From: Orbicella franksi
Lineage: Eukaryota
Assembly (NCBI GenBank): GCA_964199315.1
Contig: OZ116703.1
Location: forward strand, 310,001-374,000
Reading direction: 5' to 3'
Length of the DNA: 64,000 nucleotides
Shown here one piece after another: positions 45,701-57,300 of this stretch (positions within the stretch are counted from its first letter, which is position 1; every line of letters starts with the position of its first letter). The translations under genes were made by a program, and so were the position numbers. The notes beneath the pieces were generated by a model, which searched no databases, had not been told where the DNA came from, and worked only from the letters and a program-made list of their open reading frames with translations.

Positions 45701-47307
45701 ATTAGTAATGTCTGGTAAATTATATTATGATATAAAAACACTTTCCAATCAAAGCAAATTAAGCCAATGGTTACACACATGAGATAAATTGATCATGTAT
45801 TTACTGCGATCAGCAAAAAGCCAAAAAAGAAAATCAATCGCATTTATCGTTAATTAATTTGTCCTCTTATAATAACATCCATATTATAATACATATTATA
45901 ATAACATATTAAACGAAAGAGAAAACGTTCATATGGCTTCGAATAAACAGGTCTACACACGTTAAAAAACTTACCATTTTAATTCTTACATCTAAATCGA
46001 TCTTCAGATGTTTTTCATCCTAAGGAACAGAGATAAAATAAAAATAATATTGATTAGCAAAAGCAAAAATATTACATCACATCAAACCACCAGTCAGTCA
46101 GTCAGTCAGTCGGACAGTCAGTCAGTTAGTCGGACAGTCAGTCAGCTGGTCAACCAGTTAACCAATCAGCCAACCAGCCAGTAAGTCAGTCATGTGCTAT
46201 TGGCCATTCTAAGGGATCAAACGTGTGGAGACTGGTGCGAAATTACTCCTGAGAGTGAGACTTCGAGCGCTTTACTTACTACTTTAACAATCCGGTGAAG
46301 AATCAAACTGTGCTTCACTTCTATGGTGTCATTATCATCTAAAACCGGTCTAAACTTGTTGCTGTAACGTGTAGTATTCAGAAGATATCTTGTTAGGTCT
46401 CCCTCTTGACAGTAGCAACATAGCACTCCTGTAAAGCACACAAAAGGGACATAACAACAATAATCTTTATATTCTTTCTTTCTTTATATTCTTTTTATTT
46501 GGCCCGCGGATAGCAAGTGTTAATTTATCGCCAATTAATCGAAAGTCGCGATGATATGAAGGAAGTACACAGTGATAACGTGTGGCTCCCCGGTACAAAC
46601 TCAACTCATTAGCTGGCTCATACTGCCCTCTCACTGTTTATGGTTCTCATTCCTCGTAACAGGCAGAAAACTTGGGCCCCGAGCGGGTTTTTGTTGCATT
46701 CAGTTCGGTTTACTGTGTATCGATTGGTCTGTTTGGCTTTCAAGCGATTTTTTGCTCACTCATTCAATTGAAAGTTTCAAGCTTAAGTGAAGTTTTCAAA
46801 ATGGTTATCATGTATTCATCTGGGATGATCAAGCAGCAATTATTTGGCTAGTCATCATGGCTGCTATGTGACGTCACAACAGATACATAGCTAAATATGA
46901 ATAAGACGCGAAATGAAAATGCCATCCCTTCATATTTAAAAAGAATAGTCACATGCGCTGTTACTACTCTCTATATGAACATACCTTTCTACTGTTTGAC
47001 AACAGGTTTACACCATGTTAATTCGTTGTCATTATTGCATATGGAAATTAATCAACCTTCCTTGCTAACGGTTTAGTGAAATTCTCAATGACGAATTGAT
47101 TGGTGTTAAGGTAGTCAGCCTTAGAAAGGAAAAGATGTTTGGTAGTAGACATTTTTCGCTTGCTGTTTCAGGGTGCGTGAAATAAACCACTATCTTGGCT
47201 TTGTAATAAAGAATGAATATTGATGGACAAAGTTTAACAGTAAAAACACGCTTACCTTGGAAGACGATTACAAGCCAAGCCGGATACATCTTGGTGAAAA
47301 TGTACAT
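42796..47307 (-). CDS. Nicotinic acetylcholine receptor-like (Cys-loop, cationic-type) alpha subunit A, 457 aa
   Basis: Exons 47307-47256, 46428-46280, 46019-45975 (45 nt), 45641-45532 (110 nt), 44868-44733, 44392-44104, 43683-43466, 43364-43208, 43013-42796; 1374 nt. Signal peptide, WTPRIILYNN, Cys-loop CQISVENFPFDEQMCKLTFGSW, vicinal CC, M2 GERMAVGVTILLSLAVFFLMVEE, M4. Confidence 0.9.
43771..44035. repeat. Degenerate (ACTG/TGAC)n tetranucleotide array in nAChR-A intron 6
   Basis: For example CTGACTGACTGACTGACTGACTGA at 43922-43945. Confidence 0.9.
44477..44676. repeat. Degenerate (CAGT)n array in nAChR-A intron 5, reverse complement of the intron 6 array
   Basis: For example TCAGTCAGTCAGTCAGTCAGTCAGTCAGTC at about 44550-44579. 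Confidence 0.9.
46091..46192. repeat. Degenerate (CAGT)n array in nAChR-A intron 2
   Basis: CAGTCAGTCAGTCAGTCAGT at 46091-46110. Segment 46149-46177 is an inverted copy of 43838-43866. Confidence 0.9.
46868..46877. promoter_or_regulatory. CRE palindrome GTGACGTCAC in nAChR-A intron 1
   Basis: Perfect 10-bp palindrome. A second TGACGTCA lies at 44715-44722. Function untested. Confidence 0.25.
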
Positions 47308-47845
47308 TTTTGCTTCAAGAATTCCGCCAAAAACACAAGCATTGAATGAAACATATTTTACTACAGTCGTGTTACGGAAATTGCTCAACGCCGCATGTTA
47401 ATGAACAGAATGGCTCGAGAGAGCTGTTCAGTGCAGGTGGCAAGCCACTATTATGGTTCACAAATAAATAGCAACGACCAAACGAGTGAAAACACGATTT
47501 ATTATTGATTAGAACTTGTTATTTAAATATTCAACGTACTCTGCCATCGCTTGTAACATTTATTTAATTAAAACTTAATATAAATGCCTTCATCTTTGAA
47601 TAATCATTGTCTAAACCCAAATTAAAAACATTAAGCTATTCGTTTCTGTATATTGTGTAATTCATGTTCATATGTCTACCCTAGGAATTGATAGCCGACT
47701 TCATTTCCCAATGTGATAGTGTTCAAATATATAACCGTTCTCCCAAATAAACACTGTTATTGTTGGGCCAGGTTCCATGTGTTTTGAGCTTCTCTAAACC
47801 GTCAGTGTCCAAGTTGGGTTGGCGAGAATCCGCTTTCCCGTTAAC

Positions 47846-47859
47846 GTTGCCGTGGTAAC
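47846..47859. promoter_or_regulatory. Candidate RFX X-box GTTGCCGTGGTAAC upstream of nAChR-A
   Basis: Matches GTYNCY-N2-RGNAAC, about 540 bp upstream of ATG 47307. Confidence 0.3.
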
Positions 47860-50195
47860 AATTTAATCTGTTGTTGTTTTTCGTCGGTGTTTGACATGTG
47901 TGAAACTTGGCACGTACTTTTCTCAAACTAACGTTTGTCCATGAAATTCAAGGTCAACTTCTTCATCCAACGATGTAATTAATATAACTCAATGAAACAT
48001 CCCAGATATCAGCTTTTTAATTTCTCGCCGATTCTCCGTATGATACTTTATTGCAAATATTGTAAACTTTTTCGTTCCATTACGAAGTAAAGCAAATAAG
48101 TTTTTTCTTCTATCTACTCAGCTTGTTTAGTTTTCTTACTATTCTGAGTAATTTGTTTGCTTAATCAAATTAGTTGTCTTTGTGCTGTTTTTTTATTATT
48201 TTCTTAGAAATCTGGCAAAATAAAATGGTTGGTTGTTGTTGTTTATTAGAAGCGAAAGCAAATTATGAAACGTGTTAATTCAATAATTGCATCATACATT
48301 GAAAATCAAAGGATCTAGCAACGGACAAATTTATTTTTTTCGGAATTAAAATCTACCCAATAAAAACTCTTATAGAGAAAACATAGAAACTGATATACCT
48401 TAGCTGTTTTCATCGGAATACAAAATGTTCGTGATATTCGAAGTTCCAAATCATACACTGTTAATGTATACAGCTTTGACCTTAATTATAGATTAATTCG
48501 ACATTTGTAATAATTTCTCACTCAATCTTCTCCAATCTTTAACATCCTTATTTGTTTTTTGCTGTTGTTGTTGTTGTTGTTGTTGTTGATGGGCTAACTC
48601 ATCTCCTGTGTCATGTTATCAAACAATTAACCGAGGGCTATCACGTTCATAGCTCAAGAGGTTTCTAAGTATTCCTACCGTCCGAAAAAAAAGCTCCACA
48701 TTAAGCTTAACCAAGCTCCAATTGAAAAGGATTAAAAATATAATGGACTGCCTTTATTTTGAATTATTGCACCTGCGAACCTTCAGTATACACAATAACT
48801 TAGTTCTGGTCTAACCAATTCAATTGATATTTGTCAATGTGTATTTTATCTGTTTCTAGAAATGAGGTATGCCAGTCGAATGTTAATATAACGTCAAGTT
48901 TTCGGCAAAGGAAAGTAAAAAAACCCCATGCAATGATTTCTTTCGAGGTCATCGTTCAGTAACGGTCTAAAATAAATTTTAGCACAGAAAAATACGATAC
49001 AATGACAGCTACCCACTAAGCTAATTAATCCAATATCAAATACTAAAGATATCAATCGTCAAGTTGATCGAGTTAAAAAAAAACAGTGTTTGTTTCCAGG
49101 AAAGTCTCTTTGATAACGCACTGACAATTATCAAGCCGTTTTGGGCCTCAATATTAGTTTTTCAGTCTCCTCAATTAGATGATAAAAATTGTCCAAATCT
49201 GGAAGTAATTTAAAATTAACGTTACATTGTTTTTTGGCAACAGTTGACATGGGAATGGAAAAACATCACATACAGCGAGAACTAAAATTAGTGGCCTCTC
49301 GTGTAAACAACACTCTGTTGTGTTTTCTCTTTATCCTTATAACAGTCAGTAGTGCCAAGATTCGCGGTAAATTCTTCTTATAAATTGTTTCGCGCATTCT
49401 TTCATATTAGTTTTAAGAAATTTGGTGGTAAGTATTTTAAAATGCTATCCTCTGTAGATGATTTCTTTTCTTATACCACCTTCTAATCGCCAGCGAATTA
49501 ATAAAGTTCTTGAAAAGTTTGGCGGACTGCTCAGTTCAAGCTTGTCACTCGATTAACCTAACTTTCACTTCCTATTGTTGTACAAGCGCTCTATCTTTAT
49601 AATCACAATGCATCAACATTCTTAGAGCACTCTTTACATGTTGCGCCACATGCTAGTAAGGGTTTCCACCTCATGTCTCTCAGCATTTGTAAACAGCGAC
49701 CAAACGGAAGCGTTGCGTTGGCAACAGGAGCTAAGCAACCTTAAGTGTTTGCCCAAAATTGCGACAAAGACAAAATATACACTTGAAGGTTCAAAAAGAC
49801 CGCAAGAGACACAGACAACATTTACACATCTACAATATTTTAAATGAGGGGACTTCATTTGGTTAACGCTTACTAAAAGAACTTCTTTAATGATCGGATT
49901 TGTACAGCTATCCCAGTCCTACCCCCTTCCAAAAAAAACAAAACGCGCGAAGAATTGATCCGTAAGACATTGATTATAGATAGCGAAATATCCTGAGAAC
50001 GGAATCAGAAATATCCAGGGGCAGCGGCAGTTATTACTTCACATCGCTACACACTTCAAGTTTTACAAGCAAGCCGGGAGCAGCGGAAATAATACTTGTG
50101 GCGAAAGACCTATACTGGCAAATAAAAACTGTCGTCTAATATCATATGCTAATTCCACATCACAAAAGCGAATCTAATTATCTTTGTTCTTCTCT

Positions 50196-50202
50196 TATAA
50201 AA
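50196..50202 (+). promoter_or_regulatory. TATA box candidate of SAARP
   Basis: TATAAAA about 30 bp upstream of a pyrimidine-rich TTCAC (50226-50230) and 45 bp upstream of the ATG at 50241. Confidence 0.4.
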
Positions 50203-50240
50203 GGAAGTAACTCTCATCCTTTTATTTCACCCTATCTGTC

Positions 50241-53200
50241 ATGGCTTTGGCTCAGCGATTCCGCAGCAGTTTGTTTCTGTGTATTGGTAAGTTTAACTAG
50301 TAGCACTGACACAAAAGTCGAGAGCGATGGTATAAAGTTTCGATCAAATTTGTAACAGTAGAGGTATCACATCAAATACGATTAGGATATTTTGTTCCTT
50401 TCAGTTAACGAATTGAACGGCGACCTAGCATTAAGTATATTTACCTCGCTTTTGAAAAAATAACTAACAGCAGAATTGAAGCATATCGTAAGAGTTAACA
50501 TTCATCTTTGCTCTGTGTAAAGAACTCATTCTAAGCGCTTGACGAATAAATATAAACGCAGTGTTCTCACAATAGGTTTATCGGCAACTTTATTTTGAGG
50601 CTTCCAGTGAACAAAAGAAAAGAATTGTGGCGAATGAACTCGGTATTAGGGTAACAAACGTCGATGAAATGGGACACAGAAGCTGCTGGACACAGAGAGA
50701 CTAGAGGAGGACAGAAGTCCACGTGGATCAGCCAGTCTGAGTTAGCAACTGTTGTATTGTAACGTAACTAGTATTTTCAGATGGTAAACGTCTTTCTACA
50801 AATGATCGGTGGAGAAAGCTTGAACTAAGAATGTTTCCTATTAACAGGTCCGTGAATTTTGTTGATCAAAAGCTAAACCAGGCAGATATATTAACGGTAC
50901 AACTTAAAATACGCAGAAAAAAAAAAATCCACTTTTAATCCTGACACTGTTTTTCGACTAAACTACCGGAATCATCTCACAGGTCTCTGTTTTGGAGAGT
51001 TCATATATTGTCAAATTACTAGAGGCCACCTTAGCAAATTTTCTGTTACTTTTCGCTCAGCGGTGTAGGTTCTGGAAGCGTTAAGAACAGCTGTGAATTT
51101 TAAAAAGAAATCACAAAAGCTGTATCAATAATGACACTGATGCTATCCCATGATCAATATTCCATGGAAATATTTCAGTCGTCCAGTCTGCTTTTTGAAT
51201 TTTATAAATTCTTGTTGCTAATATCTAAGGTAAGAAAAGTTCAACCTTTGTTATCGCAACAGCGTTGGAACTTCCTTAGATGTTTTGTCATCAATCATTC
51301 TGAAGACCGCTATCAGCAGAGAAATCTTTGGGGAAAGTGAAGAGTGTAGAACAAGCAAAGAAAAGTTGAAATACTGAAATTGTCGTAATTTTATGACTTA
51401 CTTTTGAGTAACTTATATTGGCCAGCTGCTTAAAATTTTGATGTCGATTTTGTTTTGTGGATCACGAGAAAATAAAACAAAAATAGACAGGAAATGGTCG
51501 AGGAAATGGGAAACACAGAATAACAAAACAAACTCGATCACGGATGTTTATAATATACTACATTCTCGTTAATTAGATCTAAAACTGTTAATTTTTTTTA
51601 AAAGATCGATATTCTTTTGCTCTTAAACATTGCCGCAAGCAGAAGCTGAAGGGAATGAAGAAAAAAAACCCACTCTCATCCTCCTCTGAGTAAACATGAA
51701 ACAAATTTGTGTCACTCAGCACTGAATAATTTACCGTTAAAAGATATTTACACTAGCCTTAGAATGGAATGTAGATTGGCCCTTGTTTGTCAATGTATAG
51801 TGCTTATAAATTAAACTGTTGTTGACCTAAGGAATCCATAATCATGCTACTACAACCATAACTTGAGTAAATCTCTTTTCTTTCAACAGCTTTATTTCTG
51901 ATGGTATGTTTGGCGGACGAGGTTATCAAAGACGATGAAGTGAAAACAATCCGAGGAAGTGATGTCTCGACTAGGATGCTGTCTCGGTCTGGCAAAATCA
52001 TGATGGTTCGTGATGATGATGATGACGATGATGACGACAATGATAATGACGACGATGATAATGGCGACACAGACGATAATGATGATAATGATGACGACGA
52101 AGATGACGATGAAGACTTTAGTGACAGCAATGAGGAGTTGCTATCATTTGAAGTGGAAAAAATAGAAGAGAAAGACGTAGATGGTATGGACGTTGGTAAA
52201 TTGGAGAAACATTTTGTGGATTCTCTCGACGATGTGAAGTTTACGTTCTCTCAAGTGGACAGCCAGTCAAGCTTACAAGGACTGCCTGCTATTAATGTCA
52301 ATATGTCAGCTTTCCTTGTCGAGCAAATGGCTACTCTTGACCTGATAGTCTACCTGTTTCGTCGTGGTGGTAGTATCACCTTTGGTAGCGAGACTTTTGC
52401 AGTGCAGAGTGGAACAGTGAAGTTCAACATTAAGGTAAGTGTTCTCACTTCAAGATCTTAGCATGGGTTATATGTGATACGTCCTATGATACTATGATTT
52501 TCATTTTCTGATTACGTTCATTGTTAACAGTGTTAAGGGCTCAGGATGTATAAACATTGCTCAAAATGCTTCTTCCTACCTACATTCTTACTCTGTAATA
52601 TCTTTGTCTACTGAAGTTGTTCATGAAAGCAAAAGCAATTAGTCACTTCGAAGTAGACCACCACTACATCTATGACTTTCTAATGACAGATTAGTGACTG
52701 GGATTTCTGTGACGGGACGCCTGCAGACTGCAGCGAGGGCAAAACTGGAGAATTTCTTGATCTTAAACTAAAAATAAAGAGCAAAGGATCACCAGAAGAG
52801 GTAGACGATGAGGACCGTAAAAAGGCAGCTAAACCAGCAATCTGTAAAGACAACGACAATGATGATGCTGACGATCAAAAGGATAGCAGTGATAATGATG
52901 ACGACTGCCCAGCAATATATGACATTGGTGGAGACTCCGAAATGGTTCTTAACAAATGGGTAGGATGAACGCATGTGCAAAAGGCTCTTTCTACTGTATT
53001 GCAGTGATGATAATCTGGATTCGTGTCCACACAGTCCGAGACCTCTTAAACTTCGCTGAAATATGTTCGAGTTATCTCAAATTGACTTTTGTGTTGGTAA
53101 CGCCCAGCTTTGTTGACAAAAAGTTTAAAAATTATGTTTTAGCGCCAATTTTATTTCCTCTCTTCTCTCTTTTTTTTCCAGGTCGTTACCGATGACGATA

Positions 53201-53418
53201 AATACACTGCCATGCCGCTGGGATTCCCAAAATTTGAGTTCGAGGATGGCGAGAAAAAGTTTGTTTTCCGCATTCCTAAATTCAACCAGAACGTCATGGT
53301 TGATCCAAGCGTGAATGTTGGTAGAAGTAAAAGCGCTGCCTCTTGGTCGCAGCTTAATACTGGCTTGGCGCTGTTGCTGGGTTTAACTGCCAGTTTGCAC
53401 TTCATATTTATTTCATAA
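50241..53418 (+). CDS. SAARP: Skeletal aspartic acid-rich protein (SAARP/CARP4 family), 365 aa, secreted with hydrophobic C-terminal tail
   Basis: Exons 50241-50286, 51890-52434, 52690-52959, 53182-53418; 1098 nt. Signal peptide; SGKIMMVR followed by an Asp tract (26 D plus 2 E in 35 aa, 52012-52116). [77 protein letters not shown] match Acropora SAARP1 as recalled. Exact paralog (SAARP1/2/3) not determinable. Confidence 0.9.
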
Positions 53419-54389
53419 CTCGAAGAATTTGAATTCCTTTTAGTCCGTAACATATTCATAGAATTTTTTATCGCCGTGTTAAATGTGCTTCTTTGATTGG
53501 CTGATAATATTTTCCCGCTTCTAAAAACAGTATATTCACGAAAAGCATTGGAAGCATTCCAACATAAGGTGAACGCTTCTCTTGTTATACACTTGGGCTT
53601 CTCATAAGGGCATATCTTATTAGGAATTTCGTCTTGCGTTACACGGAAGAAACGCAATTATAATATAGAGTATGACATATAAAAAAAACATGTCAACGGG
53701 GATCAGGTAGAAATTTTAGTAGAAACGAATTTTAAGTCCCCTCAACGATGCACTTAGCGATAAAGACTCTAAGTTGATGAGAACTATATAACCTAGGCAT
53801 CACATATATTTAAGGCTCATAGTGCTATATCGGAATTATGATTTTAGAAAATGCCATGGTTAGACTTAATAAATATCCAATAAATGACATTATGAATGTA
53901 ACTATTATCACTATTATTATTGTTATATCCATGCATATTACATTATTCAAGTATTCAATTCGGTATATCTGCTGTAAAGTTGTTAACAGGTCTTTTATTA
54001 AACTCAAAAAGGGAATCGCCTGTTGCATACAAAACAGAGTTGAGGCTCATGTTACTTTATATTAAGTACTGAGCGGCGTATCGATGTAAAACAAATCATA
54101 TGATAAATATAATTTCATGACATTTCTAACTTAGCTGTGCTGTTTTTTGCTTATGAGAAAATCTCCAAATATCAGAGATGTTAGGGCTTTATATTTGCCT
54201 CGTTAGCTTGAAAACATGAGTTCCTTCTCGAAACAAACCTAAATTTGCTCGTCTTAATAAATTTTTCTTTTTTATCGACAAAACATTTTTTGCCAAGCCC
54301 TGTTCATTGGCAAAATGTTCAACTGAGTCAGTTGCTATTAAGGAAGTTTGGCCGAGGCTTACTTGAAAGCGTTTAATTTCTTCTCTGTT

Positions 54390-57300
54390 TTACAACGGAG
54401 CCTGAAAAAATATGGCCATGAACGATACGACAACAGCAAAGAGAAACACCCAAATACAGATATGGTTCAACACCAGGGCTGCCTTCCTCCACTCGTCCCG
54501 CCTCGCTTCCAGGATCATTTGCTGTCGGACGTTATCAGCCAGGATCCTATTGGCGCTTTTCTTGTCCCCTGGCACGTGACCACCGTTCTTGCTGCTTTTT
54601 GATTGGTTAATTCCGTTTGTTTCCTTGGCAACCAGGATTTCCTTATCATTCACTGGAAAGTAAATTACATTGGTAATAAATTAGGTTGGCACAATGCTAC
54701 AGCAGATCGTTTTTTAAACAAATATTGCAAAAGCAAACGATATGGAATGCTGTCAGTCACGGAAAAATGTATGCGTAAGGCAATTATGATAAGTTTTTAT
54801 TTGCGAAGAACAAAATTCTGTTATTTCATACGTTGAATCACATTGTAAGGGCTTGTGTGGCACATAAGGAGCTTAGGAAGTGCAAAAAATACGGTTGTAC
54901 ATATTACATGCAATCAACTTTCCTTATTTAAAGCAACAGATATTAAGTAAAATCGATAAAAGCGTGGTAGATTAAAACACGACTCGTTTTTTTGCGTTCA
55001 CTGGTGCATATTATGAGTAGAATTTACTTCAGTGTTGGTAAGCTGCCGAGGATGTGCACACTTCTTTGGCTCAGAAGAGTTAAGCATTTTCTTAACATGG
55101 TTATTTGGATAAAAGGTAATTACGTTTTTGACCGGTGATACTTTCTGCTGAAGAAACGTCACTTTCCTGTGAAGCATCGCTTTGAGAACTACTGTTCCCG
55201 AAATTAAATCGACACAGTTTTGCTCCATAACCAAGAAGATAGACCTGTGGATTACAGAGTAAGAATGAATAAAATATGTAAACCAATGAGCATCAGGCAA
55301 TTTCTGGCGATGCTAGTAATCTAAATCTCAAGAAAAAGCTAGGTCCTTTGAACAAGATTATCCCACGAACGCACCTTGACCCACTTGGGAACCTCTCCCT
55401 CAGTTGGGTTCTGATGATGAAAACGTAAAACCCAGCACGTCATAAAGAATGCACAAGACACTTCAATCATTGTCACAGTGTAATACATTCCCACCAGCGG
55501 TACTGCTTCGGATGTGGCTGGCATGTTTTCAGCCACAAGTAGAAAGAAGAAGCTCAGGCCAACAAGAATCGCCATTCCTAAGATTAATAAACAGATCATT
55601 ATCAAACTGATTGCAATTCTGATGTAGGACAATCATTTGCAATACACCATCACTTCGTAATAATGGTGGCATTGCAATAAAATCGCATGTCTATGGTGCA
55701 TTTACGTTAACATTTTCTTGGCGAAATAATCTTTCATGTGTAGAGATTGTAATGAACTCGAGTATTTATCAGTTCTTTCAAACTCCCTCGTGTGTTTGCG
55801 TAACGTTATATTAACACAATGTGATCAAAGTTTCTTTTTATTGCTGTCAAACGTAGCCATACACAATAAAACTTCAATAAAGCTACTGAGCAGCCACTCA
55901 AAGTGTACGTTACATATTTACCATTTCATTACACACTACACAGCACAGCCTTACCAACTGTCATTCTCTCGTTGCAGTCTGGAGGTAACAGGAAAACCAA
56001 CAATGTTAAGACAGAAATCATGGCACAGGGTATTATCAAATACATGGCGTAATACAACGCCCGCCGCTTAATCTGCACTCTGTAGGTGACGTCATGATAG
56101 GGGTCAGGACAGCACGTGTAAATAATGGAATTAAATTCTCCGGGGACCCCCAATAGTTCCCACTCCACACTGGGAGAGTACTCGGTCAGGTCTGCTGACG
56201 GACTCTGACAAAATAAGAAATGATATATGGCACTTTAAGCCGGTTATGATATCAAACAGTTTGTGAAACAACAGGCGATATTCCTGGCTAGATGGCTTTG
56301 ATCCTGCATATACTAAACGCTGATTCAGAGATTAATTAAATCGATCAATCAATCGATCTTTGTTTATAGAGGGTAAAACACGTAATAGTTATACAACTAA
56401 TAAACTTGTGTTCCTCCAAAATATACAGTAATCAAAAATCTATTACAAAACCTATGTAAAAATCAACCTATTTTGCAAGAGTGTTTTCGTCCTCTCTAAT
56501 CTAAGGGAAACTCTCTCTCTCAAGTTACATCTATTAAATAAACATAATAGCATTTACTTGGGTAATTTACCTCCAAGGTCAGGGCTATTCCAGCTGCATC
56601 GTAAGTCCAGGAGCCGAATTTAAGCTCACAGTTCTGTTGGTCAAACGGATAATTATCCACCCGTATCTTACAGCTGCTTTCAATGATTGTGGGCACGTTC
56701 AGGCTGATCAGACCATTGTTTTTGATAACAGCTTTTGTTCGTGTCATGCCGTTGCCAAAGCCTTCTCCAGCACTGAAAAATGATTGGATGGATAAAGACA
56801 GACATGAACAGGATTAAAATGGATTTCGGAGTGATTCACTTCACGGATAATTTTCGACTGCACAAAATTCATCAGTGAAGTGGGAGGCGCGCAATGCATT
56901 AAGGGTGAAACTGGGCCTTTAAGATCACTTCATGAACAGCGAAATTCCCAGTAAAAGGTGAGCGCTTAAATGTATTTGGAAATATATAGTTTTAGAATGT
57001 TCGTTCATTTTAGGAGTTACGTTGTACAGATAGACACCAATCTTGACAGTACAACACTAGGTTGAAAAGACTATCAACAGGCGAAGTCAATTGAAACTAC
57101 CGAATGTTAAAATTCACTCACTTGTTATAAAGCACAATGTCAGGGATCCAAATCGTTTTTGGATCAACACTGATGTACTTCACTCCACCATACTCTGAAG
57201 AATTCCACCTCAAGAATGGGTCCACCCAATACTAAATAAAGATCGAATTTCATAATCAATTTATAATTAACTTCTTGTGCAGTCAATGAGCAAGAAGGTT

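Noticed and set aside
51804-52130. Ser-rich minus-strand ORF
   Set aside because: Antisense shadow of the SAARP Asp codons (GAT/GAC read as TCA/TCG/TCT).
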